Shown here in pieces: positions 51,004-64,000 of a stretch of DNA of 64,000 bases. Source of the stretch: Octopus vulgaris (lineage: Eukaryota). The translations under genes were made by a program, and so were the position numbers. The notes below the pieces were generated by a model. It did no database searches. It was given only the letters and a program-made list of their open reading frames with translations, and was not told the DNA's origin. The stretch is taken from NCBI GenBank assembly GCA_951406725.2, contig OX597815.1:172608001-172672000 (forward strand), given 5' to 3'. Within the stretch, counting starts at the first letter, position 1; every line of letters starts with the position of its first letter.

Positions 51004-51116
51004 CAAATCCAGACATCTTACTGTTAGACCTTTCTATTAGAGCTCTTTTGGTGGGATTGTTCAGTAATGAACGCTTGGCCAATGATATATCTGCTGTTAC
51101 TCTGGTAATGATAATT
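51004..51116 (-). CDS. CACNB: CACNB exon (GK domain; [37 protein letters not shown])
   Basis: tttcag|...|gtgagt, 113 nt, phase 2 to 1. Confidence 0.97.
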
Positions 51117-53934
51117 CTGAAAAAAAATACATTCAAATGATTAGTTAACAGAACAAAATCAATACTTCTTTGTATAAGTTATGTCCATTGAAATATATCC
51201 ATTAACAAGGCACTGAGATCATTAACATTGTCATTGCTGTCATCTTCAACATCATCGTCAACATCACTATCATCAACAACGCTACTATCACCATCATCAT
51301 TGCCACTGACATCATCATCTTCATCTTCATTTTTTATCCCTATCATTTTCATCATTTACTTTTTATATGTACTTTCCTAACACTGTGTGAACCATTTTTA
51401 AAAAGCCTGCACTGCATCCATGTGAGTTGTAAGATGCAAAAAAAAAAAAAAAGGGTTGGCATCAAAAAAGATATCTGCCTATAAAACATTGCCTCAGAAG
51501 TTCTTTCCAGTACAACACAAGATGGAAGAGTAGAGTTAAAAAAAAAGTTTTGTTATGTGTTTAACAAATCTACAATACAACATCTTTTAATACATTTTGA
51601 TTCTACATTATTTAATTTGAGTAAGCCTTAATATGTTCAGGTCCAAACTAAGCATTTTACTCAAGTCTTCATTTCACCATTAATTCACAGTACAACATAC
51701 ATCAACCATTTGACTTATTTGTTAATATTAGTGTTGTTGCATATACTGGGATGAACTATCTCAGCAAAAAAAGTTATTTCCTTTATACTTAATAGATCTA
51801 AATTACTAATAAGAAATACTTTTATATGGAAGATACAGTAGAATTTAGAAAAATTACTATTACAAATTAAAATATGGAATACGATAGCAAAAATTTGGAA
51901 GAATAACCACCCTCAACTCCCATACAGTTCAAATCAGAAAATATCATCTAACTAGTCACATAGAAATTACTGAGAAAATATCACAAGTATTTTTTTTTCT
52001 GGGTATGTTATTTAAATAACTTATTGTCATAACATATTATATTCCTAAATAATTATCAGCATTAAAAATATTCGATAGTGCCAGAACAAGAAAAGTAATT
52101 TACATAATTTCAATCAGATAATATATTTATGTAATTTACAGTAAAAATATTACTAGTTTTATTATGTATATATAATAGATATTTTATAGAGTTGACATAT
52201 GTGTTTATGACCATTTTATTTATCAATCAATAGATACAGATTTTTTACCTTTGCTGGGAGTTTGAAAAAGTGATTATAGTGTTATTATTTTGAATGACAA
52301 AGCAAATTCAATTTTCTAAATAATTATATTAACATAGTAGAGAATTATTTCAAAGAAAGAATTTAAAAGTCAATCTAGGAAAGAATATTCACACAAAGCC
52401 AGTGAGCCTGACAATAGTGAGCCTGATATTTGCAGCTGGAATATTCCTTAACTTAAAAAAGGATCTTCCGCTCTTTTAAGACTGGCAATAATCCATCCAA
52501 TATGCAAATAAAAGAAACCAAGACAAATACAAAACCTTAATATTCAATTCACATCTTTGACACAAGCATAGGAGATTTACAAAAACTAGTTTCTTATACT
52601 TTCAGATAAATGCCAACATGGGTCCACAGAAATGAGACTAATGGCCATATACTTATATACTTAATGAACAAGCTAGTATATTACCAATTTAAATGAAGGA
52701 GGCAAGTGTATTCTTAGACTTTGTCAAAATATTTGACAAAAATTTCTGTATGAAACTATATGAGACAATTATAGAATTTGAAGAAAAATTTTAGTATAGA
52801 AATTGAGAATAAAATGTTGTTATGAAGACAATGTTCTTAAAAGCATGGTTTATATCTAAATCTAGTATACTCATAGAAAACATAGGAAAAACAAAGGCTC
52901 TGCTCTTCCATTTCTAATGAAATATGTACCAGAAAGCATTAAATCCAAAAGTAAGTTATTTTCCAATGTTTTGATTACTTCTAGAATATTATAGAATAAT
53001 CAAAACTTCAAAAAGATCTTGATACTTTAACTAACTGGAATTCAAAATTGTAAACTTCTCTAAAAAAATCTAAAAATTATAACAGAACTCTCACCATCAA
53101 CACCCTCATCATTTAATGCCTGTTTTCCATACTGGCAGGGCCTGGATAGTTCAACAGAAGCTGGTAAGTCAAAAGACTGCACCAAGCTCTACTGTTTGCT
53201 ATGACATGGCTTCCACAGCTTGATGCCCTTCCTAATGCTAATCACTTTGCAGAGTGAACTGGATGCTTTTTACATGTCACCAACAGCAGTGAGGTCACCA
53301 AGTAACTTGGTGAAGCCCCCTCAATTGAGTGGAGAATAGTACTGAGGGACAGAAATAGGTGTCTTGCAGTGGAAAAAACATGGCTACCTCAGGTGGAGAG
53401 AGAGTGGAGGGGGAGAGAGATAAATGGTAAAGATATGGCAGGGCATACACCCAAATTACAGTGAGGTATGTACAGTGAAGTGGACAGGGGATTGGGGAGG
53501 GGGAGTGAATGAATAAGTTCACAAGACTGCAAAAAGAGAGCAGGAGGTGGGCAGGTGGAATGTAAAGATGGATGAAATGCCGATAAGCATTTTGCCCGGG
53601 ATGCTAACGATTCTGTTAGCTTACCACCTCAAGGCTCTTCAATATTAATTCTAATTCTTGTCAATTGGAACTACTGCAAACATATTCTATGCTTTGATAT
53701 ATTACACAAAATGTAACACCTCAAAACAAAAAAAAAATGTAAAAATATTTAACAATTCTAGACAAAAATGAAGTATTGATTTTAAACCAAGAATACTTTC
53801 TTAAACAAGTATATTATGTCTTTCTTGAAACTGAAGGTTCCACTTGTTATCTGTATCAACTAAAAATAGCAGAAACTACCAGATGTGATGACAGAAAAAC
53901 AATCCAACTGTTTTTTTTCTTGTTAAATGGTGCT

Positions 53935-54152
53935 TAACCTTTAAACATTCAGATTACTCTGTCAAATGTAATGATTATTTATTCGCATTGTTTTCAATTT
54001 ATCAATGCATTATCTTGTAGCTTTGAGATTCCAATGATGTGATTGTTTATTTTTACAATGTTACTGTAGGGCAGGTATGATTCTGGTCACTTGAACATAA
54101 AACATGTAGAATATTTGGGACTGATATGGCCAGTTTGAATACTAAAGGATGA
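53935..54152 (+). mobile_element. TTAA-type MITE, family CCCTTTAGCATT
   Basis: Starts TTAACCTTTAAACATTCAGATTACTCTGTCAAA. Confidence 0.7.
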
Positions 54153-54266
54153 AAATTTTTACTTTTAATATTTTTTCCTTAAATGTTAAAAATTCAAGTT
54201 TGCAACACAACTGAAAAGTAAATATAAACAAAATTAATTACAAAAATACATATGCTTTTTATTTAC

Positions 54267-54406
54267 CTTCCTTCAAACTTGTGCTTAAGAAAATCAAATA
54301 GGGCTTTCTGCATCATATCCGTCACTTCATACCCTTTCAATGAAGGTCCTATCAAAACTACAGGTCGCATGGAAGGCACTACCTCATAGGGAGGAATATT
54401 CTCAGA
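54267..54406 (-). CDS. CACNB: CACNB exon (SH3 fifth strand and GK start; [46 protein letters not shown])
   Basis: tttcag|...|gtaaat, 140 nt, phase 0 to 2. Classic BID sequence. Confidence 0.98.
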
Positions 54407-54857
54407 CTGAAAGAGGAAAAATAAAAATACTTAGTTCAATATTTTCCAATTTTCACAGGTACTAAAACTTAATTAGAAAAAATGTTTGCTTCTTTTTGTC
54501 TTTCAGTTAAAATCTTGAAATATCAAGAGAAACATAAAATCTAACATTTTAGGAAAACACTTGATATAGGTTCACTTTGATGCCAAAACAAAATTCCTAA
54601 AATATATTGAGTTTCTAGTAAGCATCATATTCTTCCTATGGTTGGGAAATCTGATGTAATATAATCAAATATTTTTGTTTTATAAGAGATAAGAATGAAT
54701 TCCAAAAGAAAGAGTCATTAAGTATCTTAATCCCAGAATTTTGTATTGATTTTTAGAGCTGAATGTGGACAGAATGCAAACTTGTGCATAAGACAGGAAA
54801 CATGACATATCATATTGGATGATATCAATGTATCAAATATTACAAGAAACACTAAAG

Positions 54858-55250
54858 TCATCATCATCATCATTTAATGTCTGCTTTCCATGCTGGCATG
54901 GATTGATTGAGTTTGACAGGAGCTGGCTAAGCAGAAGACTGCACCATACTTCTGTGTCTGTTTTGGCATTGTTTTTACAGCTGGATGTCCTTCCTAACAC
55001 CAACCACCCTGCAGAGTGGACTGAGTGCTTTTTGTGTAGCACAAGCACAGGCAAGGTCAGTTTTGGCATGGTTTTTATGACTGGATGCCCTTCCAAATGC
55101 CAACTACTTTACAATGTGAACTGGATGCTTTTTATGTGGCACCAGCATCAGCAGGGTTACCAAGTAACTTGCAAGACAAAGATCCTTTGAGAGGAGAGTG
55201 GGCATTAGAGAAGGGGATCTTGTGCCAGATGATGAAAGGTTAGAGTGTGA
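54858..55250 (-). mobile_element. Interspersed retroposon with (GAT)n tail, probably RTE-mobilised
   Basis: CATCATCATTTAATGTCTGCTTTCCATGCTGGCATGGG...GGATGTCCTTCCTAACACCAACCAC. Related copies at ~3475, ~13010, ~28570, ~50225, ~53105, ~58465. Confidence 0.7.
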
Positions 55251-55663
55251 CTCTAAAATAGTATAATCAATAACTAATAACCTTTAAATCTGAATAATAA
55301 AGTATCTGTGTTCTTTAATAATAAAATAAAAGATAGGGATTAAATACAGGAATTGGCTGTATTTAAAATGCCTATAAAGAATGTACTTGAAAAGGACAAA
55401 ATCTTATAGTTAATCTTACAGTCATTACTTGCTTATTTCTTCAAATAAATAAATGCATCACCCATCTTCTAGAGCCTATTTTCTTTGCTAACCATTATCA
55501 TGACAAATGTAATTATCAGAAAATTAACTTATCAATAATGTCCAGATAATACCAATACATGGTACTAATACATAAATTCAACTTGTATGCCAGAAAATAT
55601 AGTAAAAAGAAGTAATGGAAAATAACAATTATTAAATAAAATAAATTCAAAGTAAACTCTTAC

Positions 55664-55794
55664 CTTTTTGAAAAAAGGTTTCCTTTTTTCTTTGGTTGGT
55701 GGGGTAATGTTTGGTTTACTTGTTCTCACATTACTTAGGCTGTCACTATCCTCTCCAACATTACTGTCTACCCCATTATGTTCACCATCAATAC
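55664..55794 (-). CDS. CACNB: CACNB long HOOK exon (GIDGEHNG...ITPPTKEKRKPFFKK)
   Basis: ttttag|...|gtaaga, 131 nt, phase 1 to 0. Ends like vertebrate exon 7A (KEKRMPFFKK). Confidence 0.95.
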
Positions 55795-58552
55795 CTAAAA
55801 ACATACATTCTGCTAAGGTTGAATTAAGAATAACAACAACAAACAAATAATTAAATGGGCTGATTATATTTGGAAATTAAACTATTGACACTTTCAAAGA
55901 GCAACATCGTTATGGAAAAACATTTCTGCCAAATCTATAAGGATATCAACAAATGTTAGACTATAATAGGTTAATTCATAAAAGGACAATAATCAAACAA
56001 TCAAAGGTAACTGGTGTAAAAAGTGAAAATACACAGGGAACATTTTGAGTTAGTTCAACATATTGAAAATGATACAGAAAATTCAGTTCTACAAACAATT
56101 TTTCTTTTTAATTAAACTCAAAGGTAAAATATAAACTTCATTAGATAGAAAATATTGTGTATTAGCCCCTTTGTTATTGACAAGAATAAAGAAATTTTTT
56201 AAAAAATCATTGTAATCAATTGATGAAATAAATATAATATGTAACTGTTTTATTTTCATTTAAAAAATAAAACAATAACATATTTCTTTCTGTTTTATTT
56301 TTCTCTAAGAGCAGTATTGACATGTTAAAAAATGCCCCAAAATAAGACAAACAAATATATGTAATTTTTGGTATACAGAAGATCTCCTAATTATTATCTT
56401 CATTATGTAAATGATATATTTAATTAATCCCAGTCATAGTTAGAATTCACTCAAGCAAAAAAAAAAAATAAAATGTTGGTTTAGGCCCAAGTTCATTAAT
56501 TCATTCTTTGATAGACCAAATTTATAACAAAATATACAAGTGTATTAAGAGAAGTTACAAGTCAATCTATAGGTAGGTAAAACACTTGACAAAAGAAATG
56601 TATCTTTATCTGATTGGAAGCAAGTATGCAACTGAGATATGACTAAAGATGTAAATAAGTCTGCTTGAAAACAATAAAAGGGAGCATAAATAATGTTTGT
56701 AACTTTTCAACAAAATTGATGTCATGAATTACTTTGTTACAGTTCCTTCACTAATGAACATAGGAATGGCATTAATGTAATAACACTTCTTTTCCATTCT
56801 GTTTAAGTCAATAGGAATAACTACCCATTGATAAAAAAATTTCATTAGATGAAGAAATTCGACTCATTTGCATAAGACTGATTAAATGATTGACTGATAT
56901 AAATAAATATCAGTTGACTAACTGATTGACTGATATAAATAAGTATTAACTGACTGACTGACTGAAGGAAACATTGGTGGAGTGAGTTAAGTTTAATGTA
57001 TGCAAATCAAGTGCATGAATATTGTAAGAGAAAATTAAAATCTTCAGAATTATCAAAGAAAATATGTTCACAGTAGTCAATACTGTGAACATATTTTTCA
57101 ATTTGTTTCATGTTTCAATTTGAAAACAACTACATGAGAATTTTAGAAATTCCATTAACTGAGAAGCATTTTCTTTGGTAGGAAATATTGATGGGGTCTT
57201 TTGTGCAACAACAAAACTCCACTTCCAACTAAAAACTCCTCTTTTTTTAGCATATATTATGTACATGTTCATATTGCATACATTAGCCAGATGATGTTAT
57301 GTAAAGTATATTAAGTAAAGAAAGTAACTCAAAAGAAAACTCTTTTCAAATAGTCTTTCTAGAATTATGAATAAGTTCTAATGCTATTCACACATAGTTC
57401 AGATCTTGAATATGCTAAATTTTGGCTTTAAAACTATTTGCATGACTATATTAATATTATGCACACACATTTACACAGGCATACTATTCTGTTATGTTAT
57501 GTATTTACATAATAGTTAATTTAATTCCATATTAAAATCTGAGATTAAAGGAAGCTATATTATTTAATTCAATGCACAGTCAACATGTTTACTTGATAAT
57601 CAGTTTCAGTAAAGGATAACTTTTTTTAACAGTGACTCATTTTTGTATTTCTCGAGTTTGTATTTTAATGTTAATGTAGATGAGGCAGTTTTTATCTAGA
57701 GATCTAATACTTTTTGTAATTCTAAAGTGAAATGTGCAAGCTGTTATTATTCAATGTGAAATATTCAATATGTTTGTTTATATTTGATTAGGACAAACTT
57801 TCCAGTTGAATTATCTTATGAGTACTAACTGCTACAGTATTGAATAAAAGGGAATCATTTTACAAAATATAATTCTTTTTAGGTTTTTTTTTTTGAGAAT
57901 GAAGAGTGGTTTTAATTTTGAATGACCATTCTTCAAAATGCAATACTTTTTAATCACAGAGATTAAAAAAAGGAAAGAAATATTAGAAAATGCAGTCCAC
58001 ATTCAGGAGATGAAAGTGGGATATATTGTTTTACATTTTTTCTTTCGGAAACCACTCAAATTTCTTTGTATTGTTTACTATTTTGACTGGTTGCAAAAGA
58101 AAAAAATAAAGGAAGACAACAAAACAAACATTAGAAAATGCACTACATTTTCATGTTGGGGACACATTTTCTAAGGGTTTCTTTCAGCAACTAATCAAAC
58201 CTATTGACTAATCACATGTCATTGTCTTTGCAAATATTTTTGCATATATGTTATCATGCTGCTTCCCAATTTCAATAATTAGAGTAACAACAATGTGAAA
58301 CTCAAAGCTATGATTTAAGAAGCCTCAGTTTATAATGTGTGTGCAAGTGTGTGTGTGTGTGTGACCTTCTCTTGACACTGTGTAAAATTATTGTAACTGT
58401 CATGTAACTAGTGTCATTTATTCAAGTTTCTGCACGAATATATTTGGCCAAGGGGAAATACCTAAGGATTGGCAACAGGAAGGGCATCCAACTGTAGAAA
58501 ATCTGCCTCAATAAACTCTGACCCGAGCAAGCATGGAAAAGTGAACATTAAA

Positions 58553-58584
<32 letters not shown>

Positions 58585-60644
58585 GGTGGTGACAATGATG
58601 AGAACATATGTACTCTGTGTAGTTGGTTGCTTTTACTTGTGTACAAGATTGTAATTGTGATACCATGTCAAGATACACATGGGTGAATTGTATTAATAAA
58701 TGCTCTTTGAAAGAACAAAAGAATTAAAGTGTCTAATATAGTGTATTCTATTATATAAGTTATTTATATATTTTACTTTATACCACAAGTTTTCAATAGG
58801 TCAATCACTGGTTCATTACATTTATGTGGAACCTGAGTGCAACAAATACTACTGGGTATTTTAGGTTAAAAGTACTGATTCACCAGTTTTCTTGCAGATA
58901 TTTACATATTTTGCCAATATACATCAGTGAAAGATATACTCATATAGAGTAAGCAAAGTTTAGAAATGATGCTCAGAAATGAAATAATTAGATTACAGAA
59001 TGACCTGAGAAAATAAACAAAATATTGGACAGGTAAACATTGTTAACTACAAATATAACACTTCCCAAGACCAATGAAAGATTTTAGTCTTCTCAGAGAC
59101 CTAATTTTTGTACTTTCTAATCTTACTCAATGAATTGTATAAAATGATAAGCCAAGTCAATATAAAATCCTAGCTTAAAATAACACACAAAGAAACAAAC
59201 TCCCTCACCACACATATCTTCCCGCCAGCTATTAACCTACAACAATTCAAACTAAACAGTAACTGTACTAATCTCATCTAATCACCATTGCACTCCATCA
59301 TAATCATGATAATGGTAATAACGATGATGATGGTAATAATAATCAGGATGCTGGTACTGCTGCTGCTGCTTCTGATACCATCATCATCATTGCCATTATC
59401 ATCCTCATTTTCATAAACACCACGATTAACACCAGTTATTTTGTTTATTTTCTCTTTCTGATATGAGTAAGGTGGGTCTACAACATCACGTTTATTTGTA
59501 ACTAGCATCAATTCCTCTAAGTTCGAGTTTTCTCAGGTTAAGTTAAACTACTAAACTATTTCACACCATGCATATCTAAGCTTTCTTCTACTCAGCTGTA
59601 GTCAATCAAAATATTGCAATCATTTTTTTTTCCCCACTTAATATGCATTATTCTTTTTCCTCATAAACCCCCTGCAACCTTATATAACTCTCACATAATT
59701 CACAAAGATTCTTTTTCTCACTCAGTCTCTCTTTTGAATTCTTATACATTCAGAAGATTAGTAATCAGTTCATATTTTCTAAACCTTCTGGGAGAAATTT
59801 TAACCTTTATTACCTAAGTTTCATTATCATACATTATTAAACATATACTATTTATTATTACATCACCCTTTGTTGTCAGTCTAAGGCCCCTGTAGTCAAG
59901 GTTGATCATTTATCTGCATCAAGAAACTTTCCTTCCAGGGCACAACCTTAGATAAAGTTGTTATTTTTATGGAAGAAAAGCAGTTGTCCATATGGAAAGT
60001 TTCCTCTCTTGACACCTCTAAAATTGTCTCAGGGAAAAGGTAAAGAGTGATGCAGTCTTAGTACCAGTATCATCAACAAACTCAGAATGTAAAGAGCTGG
60101 AACAGATTCCACAGGACATTTTTGTCCAATGTTTAAACAATTCTGTCAATTCACTATACTGGATTGGTATTTTATTTTATCAGAGAGAAGAAAGGCAAAG
60201 TTGAACTTGGCAGGATTTGATTTAAGATGTAAGGAATCAGATCAAATACTGCAAAGAATTTTGTTTGACATACTAACAATTTTGGTAACTCGTTGCCTTG
60301 TCAATAGAAGCATAATATCCATAAACTCCTGTCATAGATCCTAGTAACTAAATTATTACCAATAAGGTCATCAAGAAAAAAGAATCTATTTTCAGCTTAA
60401 ATTATAGCAAATTTGTGAATCCTAGATATTCAGGCACATACATTCTCTTATCTACTTCTTTCAATCTCATGATATTAGTTTGGTTGTGGACCAAAGAGAA
60501 TAAAAATTTTATCCAGACTCAGAATATAACAATAAATAACCATCTGTGTATCACATTTAATGTAAATACATCATTGACAGGCAAGTTACAGCTGTGTTCA
60601 CTCAAGATAACATCTCTTACAGATGTGCTGTGTTTAAAAACACA

Positions 60645-60675
<31 letters not shown>

Positions 60676-60726
60676 TATATATACATATATATACATATAT
60701 ATATACATATATATATACATATATAT

Positions 60727-60800
<74 letters not shown>
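60645..60800. repeat. (TA)n/(TATAC)-type microsatellite
   Basis: Directly visible. Confidence 0.95.
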
Positions 60801-60801
<1 letters not shown>

Positions 60802-61471
60802 CATAAATTTAAATGCTCTACAAAGACACATACACACAAATTCTATTCATATTTTATATAACTCTATAACCATAATTTCAAGATACAAATTATGTAATAA
60901 ATCTTTGGCAGTATTATCATCACCATTTTTATTTGTTTCTGTAAAAATGGTGTGACTGCCATTTTCTTGAAATTAACAATTTACAGAAAAAGAATGTTTA
61001 TTTAAAGACTGCTTTCTAAAAATGTTTGCAATATACCTTTATGCCAAGCAGTATGTAAAGAACAATTCAAACCCCACTGAAATGAAAAGGTAAGAGAAAG
61101 ACAAAGTGGGGAGAAAATTTTCAGCACACAGGATAACACAAAAAGTTGAGAGTGTCAGAGTTTCTTCTAAATTAAAATCTCAAATGCTGTAACACAAGTA
61201 GAAGGTTAGAGTGTAGTCAGGGATAAAAATAATTTTCTATTACATCTAGATTTACTTGAGAGAAACCTTTGAATCTTAGGAAACATATTCATTTACAGGT
61301 TTCAATAAATAGAAATTTAGATAATGGAGGAAAATAAATCATTATGAAGGGAAGTAGATTCATCATGCAAAGATTAAACAGGATTGAGAACATATTATCC
61401 TTATTAAACTAATATCATGACAGAAGGGGAAATATATATCACAATTGAACAGTTCTGACAAATACAAATAC

Positions 61472-61509
61472 CTGACTATAAAATATATAATACTGTAGTT
61501 GTGAAAAGC
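61472..61509 (-). CDS. CACNB: Candidate 38-nt alternative CACNB HOOK exon (GFSQLQYYIFYSQ)
   Basis: Long pyrimidine tract ...ttttcttgttttgttcccaccactacag, donor CAG|gtattt. Open, phase 1 to 0 like the 131-nt exon. Confidence 0.4.
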
Positions 61510-61946
61510 CTGTAGTGGTGGGAACAAAACAAGAAAAAAAAGTCACAACTATGAAATACTATATGTTACAAATGAAGGTATGGTTAAAACCTGGTTAAAA
61601 GGGTCTTGTCAGAAACAACTACTAGAGTGAAAAAGCATGTTTAAAAGCAGAGCTGGCAACACAGAAACACCTGCAAAAAGCATGCATAAAATAGAGGTTA
61701 TTGACCAAAATTGGTTGGCATGTCAGGCATCTAGTGTTCTGGCAACAGCAGTAAGTTATAAACTGCAGTCACATTAGCTAAAATTTAATACAGATAAGCT
61801 AAAATCAGGAGAAGCCAGCCAATATATCAGACTTTTCAGGTCAATCTAAATTCTACCTTCTTGTCATCAGTGAGGTAAAAAAAAAATTAATTGGGACTAA
61901 TGTTAAAGGTTGGTAACAGCATTAATTGCACAAACGATATAATTAC

Positions 61947-61988
61947 GTCGCATTTTTTTCAAAACATTCAATTGTGTCATCTGGAAAC
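61947..61988 (-). CDS. CACNB: Candidate 42-nt cassette CACNB HOOK exon (GFQMTQLNVLKKMR)
   Basis: ttttttggttgtttcag|...|gtaatt. Open in phase 1, length divisible by 3. Confidence 0.45.
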
Positions 61989-62493
61989 CTGAAACAACCA
62001 AAAAAAATTCATTAAAGACATTTTTTTTTGCTTTCCATATTTATTCTTGATGATAGCAGATTGATGGATAGGGTGGTATTCATTTTCTCTTTTCTTCCAC
62101 ATAAACTGGATAGCTCCGAAAATTTAGAGAATGCTTGTAATACATGGTGTTTTATGGCGAGATGCTTTCCTTAGCACCTATCAGACTAGGAGTCATTTAA
62201 ATTTTCCAACTTGATAAGCAAAGGTAAAATAAGGCACCTTCCCCAAAACAGGACTGCCTTAGTTTTTTTTATATCATCCCTTATTGACCATGAATCCAGC
62301 ACCTTAAATATAGAATAACTGGTCAAATAAATTCAGTCAGACAAAATAAATATATGATTTTAATAAACTAATGAAGGAAGCTTTCAATTATGAGAAAACT
62401 AAAACTATTAAACTACCCAAACTACAAGTGAATGTCAATGAAAACCAATAAGACCAAACTGCACTATGTATGGTAAATGTGTGTACTTGTGTA

Positions 62494-63590
62494 CATAGTC
62501 TGATCAATAAGTATCCGGACTGTTGCCATAGTAACGAAGCTAAAGCACACAGAGTAAAGCTGATTGGCACAGATTGACCTTGAACTCTGCTGTGCATGTA
62601 CACTAAGTTTTAACATTCCAGCTCACTTCTGTTATTTACAGCCATGCTTGGAAAGAACATGTGTAGTGTGTGATCATTGCATTGACCATGACAGAGAATC
62701 TGCAACAAAGTTTACTAAAAGCTTGGTGATACCTGCTCAGAGGCCTATGCAAAGTTGCAGAAAATATATGGAGAGGAGTGTATGAGCTGAAAAAATTTTG
62801 GTAGTGACAAATGTTGTGGGAAACCTACAACCAGCAGAACTGAGAAAAACATTGCAGATGTGTGTGCAACTGTGAGGAGAAATCGTCAAATCACCATCCT
62901 TCAGTTATCAGAGGTTGTGCAAATTAGTTACAGTTCAGTTCAGTCCATTATCACTGAAGATTTGGGTATGAGAATGTGTCTGCCAAGTTTGTGCCAAAAC
63001 TGCTTTCAGCTGACCAAAAAGACACTCAGGTTTCAGTTGCACAAGATCTCCTTGATTGTGTTGAGAATGATGAAAACTTTTTGAAAACAGTCACAATGAG
63101 TGATGAATCATGGGTCTATGCTATAACCCCAAAACAAAGGCTCAGTCTTTGCAGTGGAAGACCCCAACCTCTTAGAGGCTGAAGCAATGTGAAAACACTG
63201 TTGACCATTTTCTTTGACTACAAGGAGATTGTTCGTCATGAGTATGCTACTGCTGGTCAAACAGTAAACAAGTATTACTACCATGACATTTTGAAGTATT
63301 TGCAGGGTGCTATTCATCAGAAAAAACCACATTTGCATGCATCTGGCAAGTGGCAATTGCACTATGACAATGCACCTGGTCATTCAGTGCAGCTTGTGGA
63401 GCAGTTTTTGGCTAGGCACAACTTTCCCCAGGTCTGACAGCCACCATATTACCCAGATCTCACCACTTGTGACTTTGTACTCTTTCCAAAAATCAAATCT
63501 CACTTGAAAGGAATAAAATTTCAGGACGTCAAGGAAATCAAAGTGAATGTGATGAGGCAGCTGCTAATTATCCCAGAAAACAAGTTAGGT
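62494..63590 (+). mobile_element. Decayed mariner (DD34D) transposon, right end missing
   Basis: TA|CATAGTCTGATCAATAAGTATCCGGAC left end. 'SAKFVPKLL', 'TMSDESWVY', 'LHYDNAPGH', 'PPYYPDLTTCDF' across frameshifts. Confidence 0.93.
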
Positions 63591-64000
63591 AATCAATCAG
63601 CAATGATACCAACTGTACAACTAATTTTACAAAAGTAAACATTTAATTTTGTGTCTCTTCATAATTTGGGTATGAGATGTGTCTGCCAAGTTTGTGCCAA
63701 AACTGCTTTCAGCTGACCAAAAAGACACTCAGGTTTCAGTTGGTTTAAGTTTTATATTAAAATCTTTTCAAAAACCTAAAAGACAACAGCTTGCTATATT
63801 TGTCCATATTCTAGAAACTACTAGTAATAGATACAGTAAAAATGTTCTTTCATAATTTCATTTACAATGATGCAGCTATTTGGTGGTAAATGTATTTACT
63901 TAAAATATATATAGTACACCTTGCAAATCAATCAGAAATAGAACTAATGCTCTTACTATCACATAGGAATGTTACAGTGAAACAAAAGGCCTTGTGAAGT

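Overview
AT-rich, intron-containing animal genomic DNA, dense in microsatellites, SINEs and DNA-transposon remnants. The repeat content suggests a coleoid cephalopod, probably Octopus (inference). Two genes can be reconstructed by hand with canonical GT-AG sites and consistent phases, and they lie tail-to-tail. (1) A complete six-exon calcyclin-binding protein / Siah-interacting protein gene (CACYBP, + strand, CDS 6647-23210, 218 aa). (2) The 3' half of a voltage-gated calcium channel beta subunit gene (CACNB-type, - strand): six clear exons from the HOOK region to the stop codon at 39317, with the N-terminal/SH3 exons beyond the right edge. Mobile DNA includes three related piggyBac derivatives, other MITEs, a mariner, a maT/Tc1-like element, Helitron-like elements, HERO-like and RTE-like LINE fragments and several tRNA-derived SINE families. 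Best leads: a cluster of phase-compatible candidate micro-exons in the CACNB HOOK intron (61.5-62.0 kb); a possible divergent, death-domain-like gene upstream of CACYBP; nested inverted repeats in CACYBP intron 1 (possible ADAR substrate); loss of the Siah-binding motif in CACYBP; and a roughly 7 kb transposon-free, microsatellite-packed probable CACNB 3'UTR. I see no demonstrably new biological system. These leads are hypotheses that need RNA-seq or homology searches. Repeat boundaries are approximate unless termini are quoted.
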